Below, one piece after another: positions 8,918 through 18,266 of a stretch of 64,000 nt of DNA. The stretch is from NCBI GenBank assembly GCA_023391015.1, contig JAEWBT010000047.1:8119-72118 (forward strand), in the 5' to 3' direction. The notes under the pieces are model-generated. The model saw only the letters and a list, made by a program, of their open reading frames with translations, made no database searches and was not told where the DNA came from. Origin of the DNA: Bacteroidota bacterium. Its GTDB lineage: Bacteria > Bacteroidota > Bacteroidia > Chitinophagales > Chitinophagaceae. Numbering within the stretch: position 1 is the first letter of the stretch; every line of letters starts with the position of its first letter. Made by a program: the position numbers and the translations under genes.

Positions 8918-11900
8918 TCATCTCGCTAAATGCTCTGGGTTATTTTGAGCTATGGAAAGCGTATAAAGCAATGGGTTGGTATCTCTCTTATCTATTTCCA
9001 AAACCTTCGTAGCCGAAGCATCAAAAAAGGACGTTTTTGACGAAATGCGTGCTACACTCCAGCCATGCTCAATGCCACCGTCGGGGCGTAAAATTATTTT
9101 TGCCTTCTGGTTGTAAAGCTCTAAGGAGCGGTAGTGCGGAAGAGGAGTGTTCTGCGCAGATACCTTTGGAATACCTATTTGGGCTGCGAAAGAGCAAATG
9201 GCTTCATTCCTTGCCTCCCCATCAGGATAATTATGTGTGAGCCGATAAGGCGTTTTATCTTCCCTAAAATCATGGCCCTGAAAGGTAAAGGAATCTATCT
9301 CAAAGCCAAGCCGTGCCTGCAACCGCTGGATAAATTGAATCAGCAATATCACACCAAAAGGTGTCCTCATATAGCGATCGCTATAGGTGAGGTGAAAAGA
9401 CTGCCCTTCCATAAGTGCTTTGAGGTCAACCTTCTTCCCCAGTTCGGTTAGCACCAAGTCGGCAACGCTGTCTGAAGAGACAGGTTTATCTGTAGTAATC
9501 TTCGCCTCGTGGATGCGTTGGTTGTGGATACGCAAATCGGGTTCGGAAAAGGCCTCTAAACTTTCCTCGCTCTTCTTGTAGAGTAGTCCTTCTTTGAGCC
9601 GTCCCCAATTTACGTTTAGATCCTCTTCATGTGCAACTGCTAAAAAAGACATAAGTGCGCCATCGCGAAACTGCATCTTACAAACAGGGTGTAGGGGCGC
9701 ATTGGGATCTATTTTGCTTGTCAGTACAGTGTACCAAGCCTGCGCTTGAAGGAGTGTTAGCTGATCCTCCTCCGATAAAAAACCGGAAAGGGGTGGCATA
9801 ACCAGACTTACTTTCACCCGTTGGCGAAGTGCATCTAAAAGTGCCAATTCGGAAGTATTCCAATTTCCTAAATTATTAGAAACATAGAGATATGCGTGTT
9901 CTAATTGATTGCTGTTTAGGTGCTTCAGAATCTCATTGCGCAAAGGCGTTGTTGCCAATTGTAAGCCGGGATACTGCCTACTTAACGTGTCAGGCACTTT
10001 TACGTCTGCCGCTTTTTGAAGCCATTCCAGTGCTTTCTTCCGGTCTAATTGAGGTAAATGCCACTGGGTATTCCGGTCTATAAGACATTTTGTGCAGGCC
10101 CTATCGCACTCGCACACCAACTTTTGCTGCGCAATCTGAATGATTTTCCAGAGGTACGAGGAAAGTTGCGAGGTGTAACCCGCGCCCCCTTTGGCTGTGT
10201 CAAAAAAGAAAATGGTCGTGAACTTTTCATACTTCTTGATACCGAAGCCAATCTCATCCGATTCTACAGTCAGATAGTGTGCTAACTCTTTGGAAAGCAC
10301 CGCGCCAAGCGTATAAAGAAGCGTTTCATCTTTTACATTAAAAGAACCGTTCTCCTCGCGTAACCGAAGTTCACAATAATCGGTGCGGAATCTTCCGCCC
10401 AAGATGACGTGCTCTTTAATAGCATAGGAGTTTTCATTTCCGGAGCAAAAGGCAGTCGTTTGTTCTTCACCTTTGCCGCCTCTCAACCGTTTGTGGCTGG
10501 CAAGCGCATCTTTATCATAGGCGGTTCTGCCACAATGCAAACAAACGGCGTATCCGTCGCCCGCGCCGGTGTTGTAGAACACGATTTCGCCATTTTCTTC
10601 ACTGTCTCGGATTTCGTAAAGCAATGGACTTTCAGGTAACCAAGGCTTCACGTTCAACAGGAGCGGGTCAATGTATTGGACGTAACCTGTTCGGTCTTCT
10701 ATGTTCCTGCTGGGCTGTTGGTAGATATCCACCGCAAAACCGGCGGGCTGAATCATTTCTGTGTACCCACTTCGCAGATTTTTGCTTTTAAAGCTCAAGC
10801 CGGTAAAGGTGTTTTGCTCTTCGCAATGGGGACAGTTTTGGCTGATTGCCTGTCCTTGAGCAGCTTCTAAGATGCGTTGGTAGCCACATTTTCGGCACGA
10901 CTGAATGATTTCCCGCTCTGCTTGTTTGCCGTGTTCGTCCTTTAGGATAATACCTGCTGATAGGTAGCTTTTCCCGTCTATCACTACGTTTTTGCCAGGT
11001 GCAAACTCGGAGAGCGCCCGCGTAATAAAGTAAGAGGGTTTGGATGATTTTCGCTGATTGTTTCTTCCTTTTTCCTCCAACTCGCTGATGGTGAGGGTAT
11101 CAAATTCCACAATGCCGGTAGGAAGTCCTGCACTTGGCAAAAAGCCTTCTTCCACCATAAAGCTGATAGCATCCTTATCCTGGAACTGCTGCTTTTGATA
11201 TTTTACAGCTTTGTAGGCAGGCGAATCTTCCCCAAAATCCCGCTCCAGCATTTTGAGCTTTTCCTCTAGTGCCAACTGCTTTTGAGTTGTTGCCCCATAT
11301 ACGTCCTCAAAATGTTTGGTGGCCTTACTCAGCAGAAAGGAAAAAGTGTGGTCACGCCAAGGCGTATTTTGCAGAATAGGCTTGAGTGCATTTTTGCAAC
11401 TATCGGCCTCTCCATTTTGCAACCAAAGCAAGAATTGCGAGGCAAAGCCACCTTCGTCCAAAAAGAAGTTCTGAACTTTAATGCGCACGTTTAAGCCTTG
11501 AATGGCATCCGTTTGCACGAAATGGCCTAGAAAAAAGGCGTTTACATGGCGTGCGATTACCGCACTGCTGTGAAACGAAAGGCTAGGTGGTGCGATAGGG
11601 TGTCTTAATGCCCATAAAGGATTGGCCATTACCTGGAGGCCCACCGGATTGGGGGCACAGATAGTGAAGGCAGTTGATTTTGCCTCGGCCCGCCGTCCTG
11701 CTCGCCCTGCCCGCTGCAAATAGTTGGCTGGTGCAGGCGGAACATTATTCATTACCACCGTAGAAATGCCGCCAATATCTACGCCCATTTCCATTGTGGT
11801 AGAGCAGTTGAGTACGTTCAACTTTCCCCGTTCAAATTCATTTTCCAGCGTCTTTAACCGGCTGTCGGATTGCTGAGCAGAGTGTTCGCCGGCAAGATAG

Positions 11901-14900
11901 AGCGGTTGGTTTAGGATGACCTGTTCGTGCAAGTTATTCCAAACCCCTTGCTCACGCATATGCAAAGCGTTTTCCGCAATCCACGCACGCGTCCGTCCTA
12001 TTTGTGGGTTCTTCTCCGCATCCAAATGGAAAGGGAAAGGCATCAGCGGTATGGACACCTCTTTTTTTATCCTGTAATGATTAATATTATCAGGGTGGAG
12101 ACGACCCTTTATCCAAGGCGAATAGTGCCGGAAATGGGCATCAATCAGACGACGCTTGACTGGACAAAGCCATACTGTTGAGGACAGTTTAAAAGCAGAG
12201 GCGTTTTCCAGATAGAGCTTGTAGCCGTTGCCAAATTCATCCAGGACTCTTACTTTAATGACCTTCCATAGGTCCTCTAGCAGCGCGTTGAGCTGGTCCT
12301 CCCTTTCTGCATCTATGTCATTCAACTGGTGCCAGCCTAATCCCGCACACAGCAACAAAGCCAATCGGTTCGGGTGTGTTTTATCAAACCGCGGCCAGCG
12401 TCTTACGTCCACTTCGCGCGCATCCGGGTTAAAAACAGGCACACTCCTCAAATTGCCTGTTGTATAAGGCAATACTGAATTAGAAACATTGAAATGGTAG
12501 CGTAAACGCACAACGTAGTCCACGGCTATTTTCAAAAGGGACTGCCACTCAGGTTGTGTAATATTCAGTACACGCGCGGCGGTAGGCAGTGGTGCGTCTT
12601 GCAGTTTTGGATAAATGAGGCTTACCAGACCCAAATTTTCCAAAGAACGCATCAGCGGCTGACGCAACGCAAATTGGTCGTAGAGGATGGCATCCAGATA
12701 ACGCTCCTTCGCAAGAGGGTTGTTATCGCCTGGGTTGTTGCCCTTAAAAAGATTGAAGAAGTCGGGCCGTGAAACGAGATATTCCTTCAAATCTTTCCAA
12801 TTGAGCGCCACTTTTTCCCGTGCATCTCCTTTGCCTGTCTGCTGTTCTTTTAAGGCATCAAGAGCTTTCTGTTTTTGGTTTCGCAGGAGCGGGAGCGTGG
12901 TTTTGGCTAGCTCGGCCTCCAACTGCTTAATTGCTTCTTGTATTTCGTCTTCAGAACCCGCAACGTTTTCCTCCTCCCATAGTTTTACTTTTTCACACAA
13001 CTTGTGAAAAACCTGCGAGCGAACCCACCGCGCTTCGTTGTCCTGATTAATAAGCGCAGAGATTTTAGCGGTTCCCTGCCTGCTGTCTGTAAAGGAAATA
13101 TACTTGTGTCCTTGCCAGAGCATTTCGCTCGTAAGCTTTTGAGCTTTGGGGGTCTCTTCCAATATGATATCCGCCAAAACCCGATTGATGAAGGCGGAAG
13201 ACAGCCGGAAATGGTTGGGATTTTCTATCTCACTGTCGCAGTAAGGACAAGAGTCACCGTCGTGCATACACACAAATTCGTCTCCACTTCTATCCACAAT
13301 GGCTCCTGCGCTTAAGGAAAAGGAAGCAGTTGCTTTTAAAAGCGGCGCGCCAGAAAGCTTTCTGGTAAAATAAAACTTCTTTGTTCTTGGGTGCTTTTCT
13401 TCCGCAGATGCTTCTACAGGGTCTTCTTCGTGCTCTTGCAGGTCAAACTGAAAGGCATCCTGCACAAGCGCAGACACGGCATCCAATTTTTCGTTGCCTC
13501 TGGCATCTAGGCTTTTTTCGGCCTCTAAAAGCTGGTGGCCGCAGGAGCGACAGGAGACCAACTCAAACACAGGCGCACCGCAGTTGCACAACGACCCAGC
13601 AATGGTAGTCATCGGCCCAATGGCTTCATTGGGAATAATATCTTGCTGGTGATGCGAGCAGGCTCTGTCAGTGCAAACCCAAATGCCACCAATACCGCGT
13701 GCAAAAAAGTGGGCGCGCACTGGAAGAAGAGGGTGATCATCCACAGAACGTTCACTGAGCTTGTCAATGATTCGCAACCGCTCTGTGGTCGTCCCGCTGG
13801 TGTTCAACAGTTTGCCTATTTCGCTCAGCGAAAGGGCATTATTTCGGAGTAACTCTTTACGCAGAAAATGCACTTGATGAAACGTCTCCGGTCTTTCTTC
13901 CTGTAGCCAATCCGTTGTTTGCTTGGCGGCCTGCGTTGGTTTAGGGAGTTCTTGAGGTAATACTCTGCTTCCGGTAATGACAACAATATTCTCCTTCGGA
14001 ATGCCACAAAGCAGCGACATAAAATCCTGAAGCTGTTGAAAGCTCTCCGGGTTGGAGCCAACGGTGGCAGAAGTGATGGCAAACCGCAGGTTTTTCGTTT
14101 CCACCCCAAAAGCATCCGCAACGCGCCGGATAAGTAGCGCCATTTCCGAAGCTGCGGAGCCGGTGAGCGTGTGAGCTTCATCCAGCAGAATCCAACGCAG
14201 CTTACCCTGCGAATTTTTAAGCAGGGGAACGTCTTTGTTGCGCACCAGAATGTACTCCAACATAGAAGGGTTGGTGAATAAAATCTGCGGAGGCTGTTCG
14301 CGTATCTTGCTCCGGGAGATGACCTCTGGCTGGGCGTCTTTTTCGGCAGACACACTGGACGTTTCATCAGTCTGTCCATTGTACACCGCGTAGCGAACGC
14401 CGCCAATGGCTTTACACCACGCGTGCATCCGCTTGCGCTGGCTACCAATAAGCGCGTTGAGCGGATACAGGAAGATGGCATTCACCCCGGTTCCATTCCG
14501 GCAGTTTTTGAATAAATCATACAGCACTGGAAGCATAAAACACTCCGTTTTGCCGGAGCCAGTGCCGGTGGTAACGGCAATAGATTTGTTTTCGCTGAGT
14601 AGCTTTTCCCAGCTTTCAACTTGGTGTTTGTAGGGATGGCGCTCTATCGGGAACCGAAATTCATTGTCTTTAATGCCGCTAAGCGCTTTAATAAAGTCCT
14701 TGTCAAATACCTCTTCCATATCGCCGAAACGTTGCGAAGCCGCCTCCCATGGAAAAGCCGACTGAATCACCGGCTCGGCCATAAGCTTTTCCTTGGTCAG
14801 GATATGTCCTAAGTAAGTCTGCATATTTGCTTCGCCGGTAGCCCAAAGTGAGAGGGCAGCATCCGTCAGCCTTTTCTTGGTGTTCGTGTAGAAGCGTTGG

Positions 14901-14908
14901 AAGTTCAT
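8918..14908 (-). CDS. druE: 1996-aa DEAD/DEAH helicase with Zn-ribbons and a DUF1998-type C-terminal region, DruE-like
   Basis: TTGTGSGKTE, LLDEAH and TMEMGVDIGG...QRAGRAGRR helicase motifs split by a large insert. Cys clusters: CNCGAPVFELVSCRSCGH and CLHCGRT. The size and architecture are those of Druantia DruE. Confidence 0.6.
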   Translation of the reverse strand: MNFQRFYTNTKKRLTDAALSLWATGEANMQTYLGHILTKEKLMAEPVIQSAFPWEAASQRFGDMEEVFDKDFIKALSGIKDNEFRFPIERHPYKHQVESWEKLLSENKSIAVTTGTGSGKTECFMLPVLYDLFKNCRNGTGVNAIFLYPLNALIGSQRKRMHAWCKAIGGVRYAVYNGQTDETSSVSAEKDAQPEVISRSKIREQPPQILFTNPSMLEYILVRNKDVPLLKNSQGKLRWILLDEAHTLTGSAASEMALLIRRVADAFGVETKNLRFAITSATVGSNPESFQQLQDFMSLLCGIPKENIVVITGSRVLPQELPKPTQAAKQTTDWLQEERPETFHQVHFLRKELLRNNALSLSEIGKLLNTSGTTTERLRIIDKLSERSVDDHPLLPVRAHFFARGIGGIWVCTDRACSHHQQDIIPNEAIGPMTTIAGSLCNCGAPVFELVSCRSCGHQLLEAEKSLDARGNEKLDAVSALVQDAFQFDLQEHEEDPVEASAEEKHPRTKKFYFTRKLSGAPLLKATASFSLSAGAIVDRSGDEFVCMHDGDSCPYCDSEIENPNHFRLSSAFINRVLADIILEETPKAQKLTSEMLWQGHKYISFTDSRQGTAKISALINQDNEARWVRSQVFHKLCEKVKLWEEENVAGSEDEIQEAIKQLEAELAKTTLPLLRNQKQKALDALKEQQTGKGDAREKVALNWKDLKEYLVSRPDFFNLFKGNNPGDNNPLAKERYLDAILYDQFALRQPLMRSLENLGLVSLIYPKLQDAPLPTAARVLNITQPEWQSLLKIAVDYVVRLRYHFNVSNSVLPYTTGNLRSVPVFNPDAREVDVRRWPRFDKTHPNRLALLLCAGLGWHQLNDIDAEREDQLNALLEDLWKVIKVRVLDEFGNGYKLYLENASAFKLSSTVWLCPVKRRLIDAHFRHYSPWIKGRLHPDNINHYRIKKEVSIPLMPFPFHLDAEKNPQIGRTRAWIAENALHMREQGVWNNLHEQVILNQPLYLAGEHSAQQSDSRLKTLENEFERGKLNVLNCSTTMEMGVDIGGISTVVMNNVPPAPANYLQRAGRAGRRAEAKSTAFTICAPNPVGLQVMANPLWALRHPIAPPSLSFHSSAVIARHVNAFFLGHFVQTDAIQGLNVRIKVQNFFLDEGGFASQFLLWLQNGEADSCKNALKPILQNTPWRDHTFSFLLSKATKHFEDVYGATTQKQLALEEKLKMLERDFGEDSPAYKAVKYQKQQFQDKDAISFMVEEGFLPSAGLPTGIVEFDTLTISELEEKGRNNQRKSSKPSYFITRALSEFAPGKNVVIDGKSYLSAGIILKDEHGKQAEREIIQSCRKCGYQRILEAAQGQAISQNCPHCEEQNTFTGLSFKSKNLRSGYTEMIQPAGFAVDIYQQPSRNIEDRTGYVQYIDPLLLNVKPWLPESPLLYEIRDSEENGEIVFYNTGAGDGYAVCLHCGRTAYDKDALASHKRLRGGKGEEQTTAFCSGNENSYAIKEHVILGGRFRTDYCELRLREENGSFNVKDETLLYTLGAVLSKELAHYLTVESDEIGFGIKKYEKFTTIFFFDTAKGGAGYTSQLSSYLWKIIQIAQQKLVCECDRACTKCLIDRNTQWHLPQLDRKKALEWLQKAADVKVPDTLSRQYPGLQLATTPLRNEILKHLNSNQLEHAYLYVSNNLGNWNTSELALLDALRQRVKVSLVMPPLSGFLSEEDQLTLLQAQAWYTVLTSKIDPNAPLHPVCKMQFRDGALMSFLAVAHEEDLNVNWGRLKEGLLYKKSEESLEAFSEPDLRIHNQRIHEAKITTDKPVSSDSVADLVLTELGKKVDLKALMEGQSFHLTYSDRYMRTPFGVILLIQFIQRLQARLGFEIDSFTFQGHDFREDKTPYRLTHNYPDGEARNEAICSFAAQIGIPKVSAQNTPLPHYRSLELYNQKAKIILRPDGGIEHGWSVARISSKTSFFDASATKVLEIDKRDTNPLLYTLSIAQNNPEHLAR

Positions 14909-14924
14909 GGAGTTCTTAAGATTT

Positions 14925-17900
14925 TTAGGGTTGAAGGCGGCTCAGACAGTGGCAAATGGCTTGTCCATACCATTGTGGGTGGAGCTGATAGCAATACTGA
15001 ATGTTACGACGCACGATTTCAGCATCTATGCTCCATAAATCATGTGTTTCCCCTGCTATAGAAAGCGCAACAGCAGTTGGTGCTTTAAGCAGGATCTTTA
15101 CGGTGCGATTGCCCTCGTTTACAGGAATCAATTCCTTAAACTTGAGCGCTATTTTCGGCTGTTCTCTGGGCAGCACGGTTAATACTTGTTCTCCCAAAGT
15201 CGTACGCAATTCCTGTATGGCACTGTTCAAATGGAAGCCGGGCGTTGGAAAGAGTGACTCTCCTAAAATATACTTAGTGATAGCCCTAAAGCTTGTATTG
15301 GGAACGAGGTTATTGAAATAGCGACTTAGGTTGCTTATGACAATAGACATCAGCTCTGGATTTTGAAAGCAGCCTATCCAAAACATTGCAAACCCCCAAT
15401 CGTCTTTGGAGATCCAATGAAAGCACAACCCCAGTTCTGCTTCTAGGCGTTTTTGAATCTCCTCATCAAATGACTCCTCTTCACTGTAACAAAGCAGATA
15501 TACAAACGCCTTCGCCGCCAGCTCGCCAGAACATGCAATACACCGCAGCAACTCAAAAGAAGCTAAGGGCAAACTGTACTTCAGACAGAGTTGGTAGCAG
15601 TTATAAAATTGCTTCCAAATCTCATCTTCTGGGGTGGCTGCTTGAAGCAACAAAGTCCGCATTTGAAGGGTGCGCGCCTGCGTTTCCTCCTCTTGGCGCT
15701 GAGGGGGGAAGTCTTCCTCCGTTTCCAGAATATTCTCACCAGAAACAGCCTCTTTTTTAAACGTTATCAGGGTAGGTTTCAGCACAGCGCCTTCCCCAAA
15801 AACAAAGTAGCGCGCTTCTTCATTTTCGGGAAAGAGCATCCAGCCTTCCGCTGATTTTTCCAGCGCCTGAAGTTCCTTGGTTTCGGAGAGACTGTCTAGC
15901 GAAATGGCCCATAAGGGATGGTCTGCCGCACTACTCTTCACGAGAATTTTATCTTCGCGCTGCTCGTAGGTAATCTGGCCTTCGTACGGGGAAATGTGGT
16001 AAGTAGCGCAGGTACGCTCGTTGCCGTTTTGGCGGATGCACAACTCCAACGCAATCTGCGCGGGTGCGCCCGGCCCGGTGAGCCGAAGTAGGTGATTTAT
16101 TTTGTCCTCAAAAAACGACAGGGGCGTAACCCGTTGCGAAATGGGATGAACGCTTGCAACTACGGGATTGCTCTTGTTCCGAAGTCGGAGGATAACGTTC
16201 TCTTCGTTCACTAAAATCCGGTGACCGTAGAGTTTTGAAACGCATAGGTTTTCTTCCTGCGAAAGCATCCGCTGGTCTTTATCCACAAGGGCTATTCCTT
16301 TAAACGGCGCACAAAAACCAAAACGCAACGCCCGTTGCCCGGGTAGGCTGATCCGACCATTCAGCGAAGCCGGAAATCTATCATGCTGCTCCAGCCGGAC
16401 ATGGACGCGCTGGGGTGTTTCGGCTGTTATTTGGCAAAGCACCTTCGGCTCCACAATCGCAAAGTCAAAAGGGTCTCCGTTCAAGGATAATGTGGCTTCC
16501 TGGAACTGTTGGTTAGAGGCCGAAAGGTCAAAAGTGCCGATATTGTAGCAGCGGTCGTACTCTACCATCTCGCCCACCTGAATCTTTAAGTGGACAACAC
16601 CTAACGGCAATGGACCACCCAGTGGCTGCCAGTCGCGCGCACCGGAGATTTTCCAGCGCACCGACACAGGTCTAATGGGTTTACCTTCTTTGTCGGTTAC
16701 GTCTATAAGGGGCCTGCGACGCAACACAGGCATATTGGCTCGCTGCATCCACGAAGGCCTTTCCTCCCGCAACGTCCACTGAAAACTGGGGCAATGGGTG
16801 CAAAACTGGTAGGACGTTTCGTTTTGCCGAACGCTCTGGGTGCCTTCAAATTTGGTCCAATAAAGGCAACTGCCAGCTACCTCAATCAGTTCTGTTTCCT
16901 CCAGCGCCAACAAGTCGCAGGATTCTGGCCCCAGCAGGTAGGCCGTTGCTTCTTCCGTGTTGTTGCCTCTCGCTAGTAGGAACTGGTTCTCCGAGTATTG
17001 CGTCCAGAGTGTAGGCCGGTCCAGCCGCGGACTGTTCGGAATCATTTGCGTGCAATCGTAGCGGTTGCCCTCTATGTCCAGCAGATACACTTCCGGCAGC
17101 GCGCTTTGCGCTTCCCAAAAAAGCGAATCCTGATTTACCCACACAGGCCGATACGTATCATCACCCCGCCGCACCAGTTTACACAGCAGTTCATCGTTGT
17201 AGAACAAGCGATACTCCGGGCTGCCAAAATCTGTTTCCGGGTCTTCACCACACAAAGCCAGCAGTTCTTTTTTGCTCAACTCTCCGATGGTTAAGTAGAG
17301 GCGAATACGCTTTCTCTCCGGTTCCAACACCCAACTGGCGCGCACTTTTCGCAGGGCTTTCTTTTCGGTGGGGCGCTCTTTTTCTGCGCGAAGCACCCGT
17401 ACGATTTCTGTAAGCTCTGCCGTTTCTTCTAAAAGCGTCAGCACCTCAGCGTGGCCTTGCCGGTCTGTGCCGTCACTCAAGATGGCCTGCACAATCGCTA
17501 AGCAGCACTCGTACACTTGATCGTTGCGGCTGGAGAGTGGCAGCAGGGAGGTGAGTGTTGCGTCAAAGGCAAAATCGTCAATGTTTTTGGGGCGCAAAGC
17601 CAGAATGCGCAAAAGGAAGGTTTTGTAAGCGCCGTCGTTTTTGCGGATGTGCAGGATAGGCAGGCCGCCCTGTTGAAGCAGGGTTTTAAAATAAAACGTG
17701 CGGTCATGGCGCATCCACCGCACACCCAGCAACTTGGCTCCTTTTTTAGCGTGCTGGAAGAAATCTTCCGCATCAAAAAGCGGATTGTTTTGAAAGCTCA
17801 CAAAAACCATTTGCTTAGAGGGTACGCCGCCTTCGTAACAACGCTTCCACCATTCGGCATAATACAGCGCACAGTCGCGCGGGTCAAGGCCACTTAAGTG

Positions 17901-18026
17901 GCGTGTGCTTCTCAAAAGGTTTTTTAGGTGGTGAAACTCATTGTCACTGAGGTTATACTTCCATAGCGCGCGGGAGTCATGGCGATTTATGTTCCGCTTT
18001 TCTAAGAGTTGTAAGAATAGGCCCAT
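14925..18026 (-). CDS. 1033-aa protein with no motif I can recognise; its position and size fit DruH of type III Druantia
   Basis: Long uninterrupted ORF ending 16 bp upstream of the DruE-like gene. The assignment rests on synteny only. Confidence 0.4.
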   Translation of the reverse strand: MGLFLQLLEKRNINRHDSRALWKYNLSDNEFHHLKNLLRSTRHLSGLDPRDCALYYAEWWKRCYEGGVPSKQMVFVSFQNNPLFDAEDFFQHAKKGAKLLGVRWMRHDRTFYFKTLLQQGGLPILHIRKNDGAYKTFLLRILALRPKNIDDFAFDATLTSLLPLSSRNDQVYECCLAIVQAILSDGTDRQGHAEVLTLLEETAELTEIVRVLRAEKERPTEKKALRKVRASWVLEPERKRIRLYLTIGELSKKELLALCGEDPETDFGSPEYRLFYNDELLCKLVRRGDDTYRPVWVNQDSLFWEAQSALPEVYLLDIEGNRYDCTQMIPNSPRLDRPTLWTQYSENQFLLARGNNTEEATAYLLGPESCDLLALEETELIEVAGSCLYWTKFEGTQSVRQNETSYQFCTHCPSFQWTLREERPSWMQRANMPVLRRRPLIDVTDKEGKPIRPVSVRWKISGARDWQPLGGPLPLGVVHLKIQVGEMVEYDRCYNIGTFDLSASNQQFQEATLSLNGDPFDFAIVEPKVLCQITAETPQRVHVRLEQHDRFPASLNGRISLPGQRALRFGFCAPFKGIALVDKDQRMLSQEENLCVSKLYGHRILVNEENVILRLRNKSNPVVASVHPISQRVTPLSFFEDKINHLLRLTGPGAPAQIALELCIRQNGNERTCATYHISPYEGQITYEQREDKILVKSSAADHPLWAISLDSLSETKELQALEKSAEGWMLFPENEEARYFVFGEGAVLKPTLITFKKEAVSGENILETEEDFPPQRQEEETQARTLQMRTLLLQAATPEDEIWKQFYNCYQLCLKYSLPLASFELLRCIACSGELAAKAFVYLLCYSEEESFDEEIQKRLEAELGLCFHWISKDDWGFAMFWIGCFQNPELMSIVISNLSRYFNNLVPNTSFRAITKYILGESLFPTPGFHLNSAIQELRTTLGEQVLTVLPREQPKIALKFKELIPVNEGNRTVKILLKAPTAVALSIAGETHDLWSIDAEIVRRNIQYCYQLHPQWYGQAICHCLSRLQP

Positions 18027-18266
18027 AGAGTTGAGAATAGCATTTTAACCAGCGTTTTTACAGAATTTATTTGCCTCCTGACAAGAGAGTTGTAAATGTC
18101 AAAGGGAGTTGTGCAATCTATTTGCGCAGCTAAATGGAAATTTCGTCTTTCCTAAAAACACTCCCTATGTCTGGCCCATTTCGCGACCCTTTCCTCTAAA
18201 GGCTTTCCCGCTCCTTGATAGCGGCCTTTCACCATCAATGAAAATTCTTTTGGGGGAGAGCGTCGT

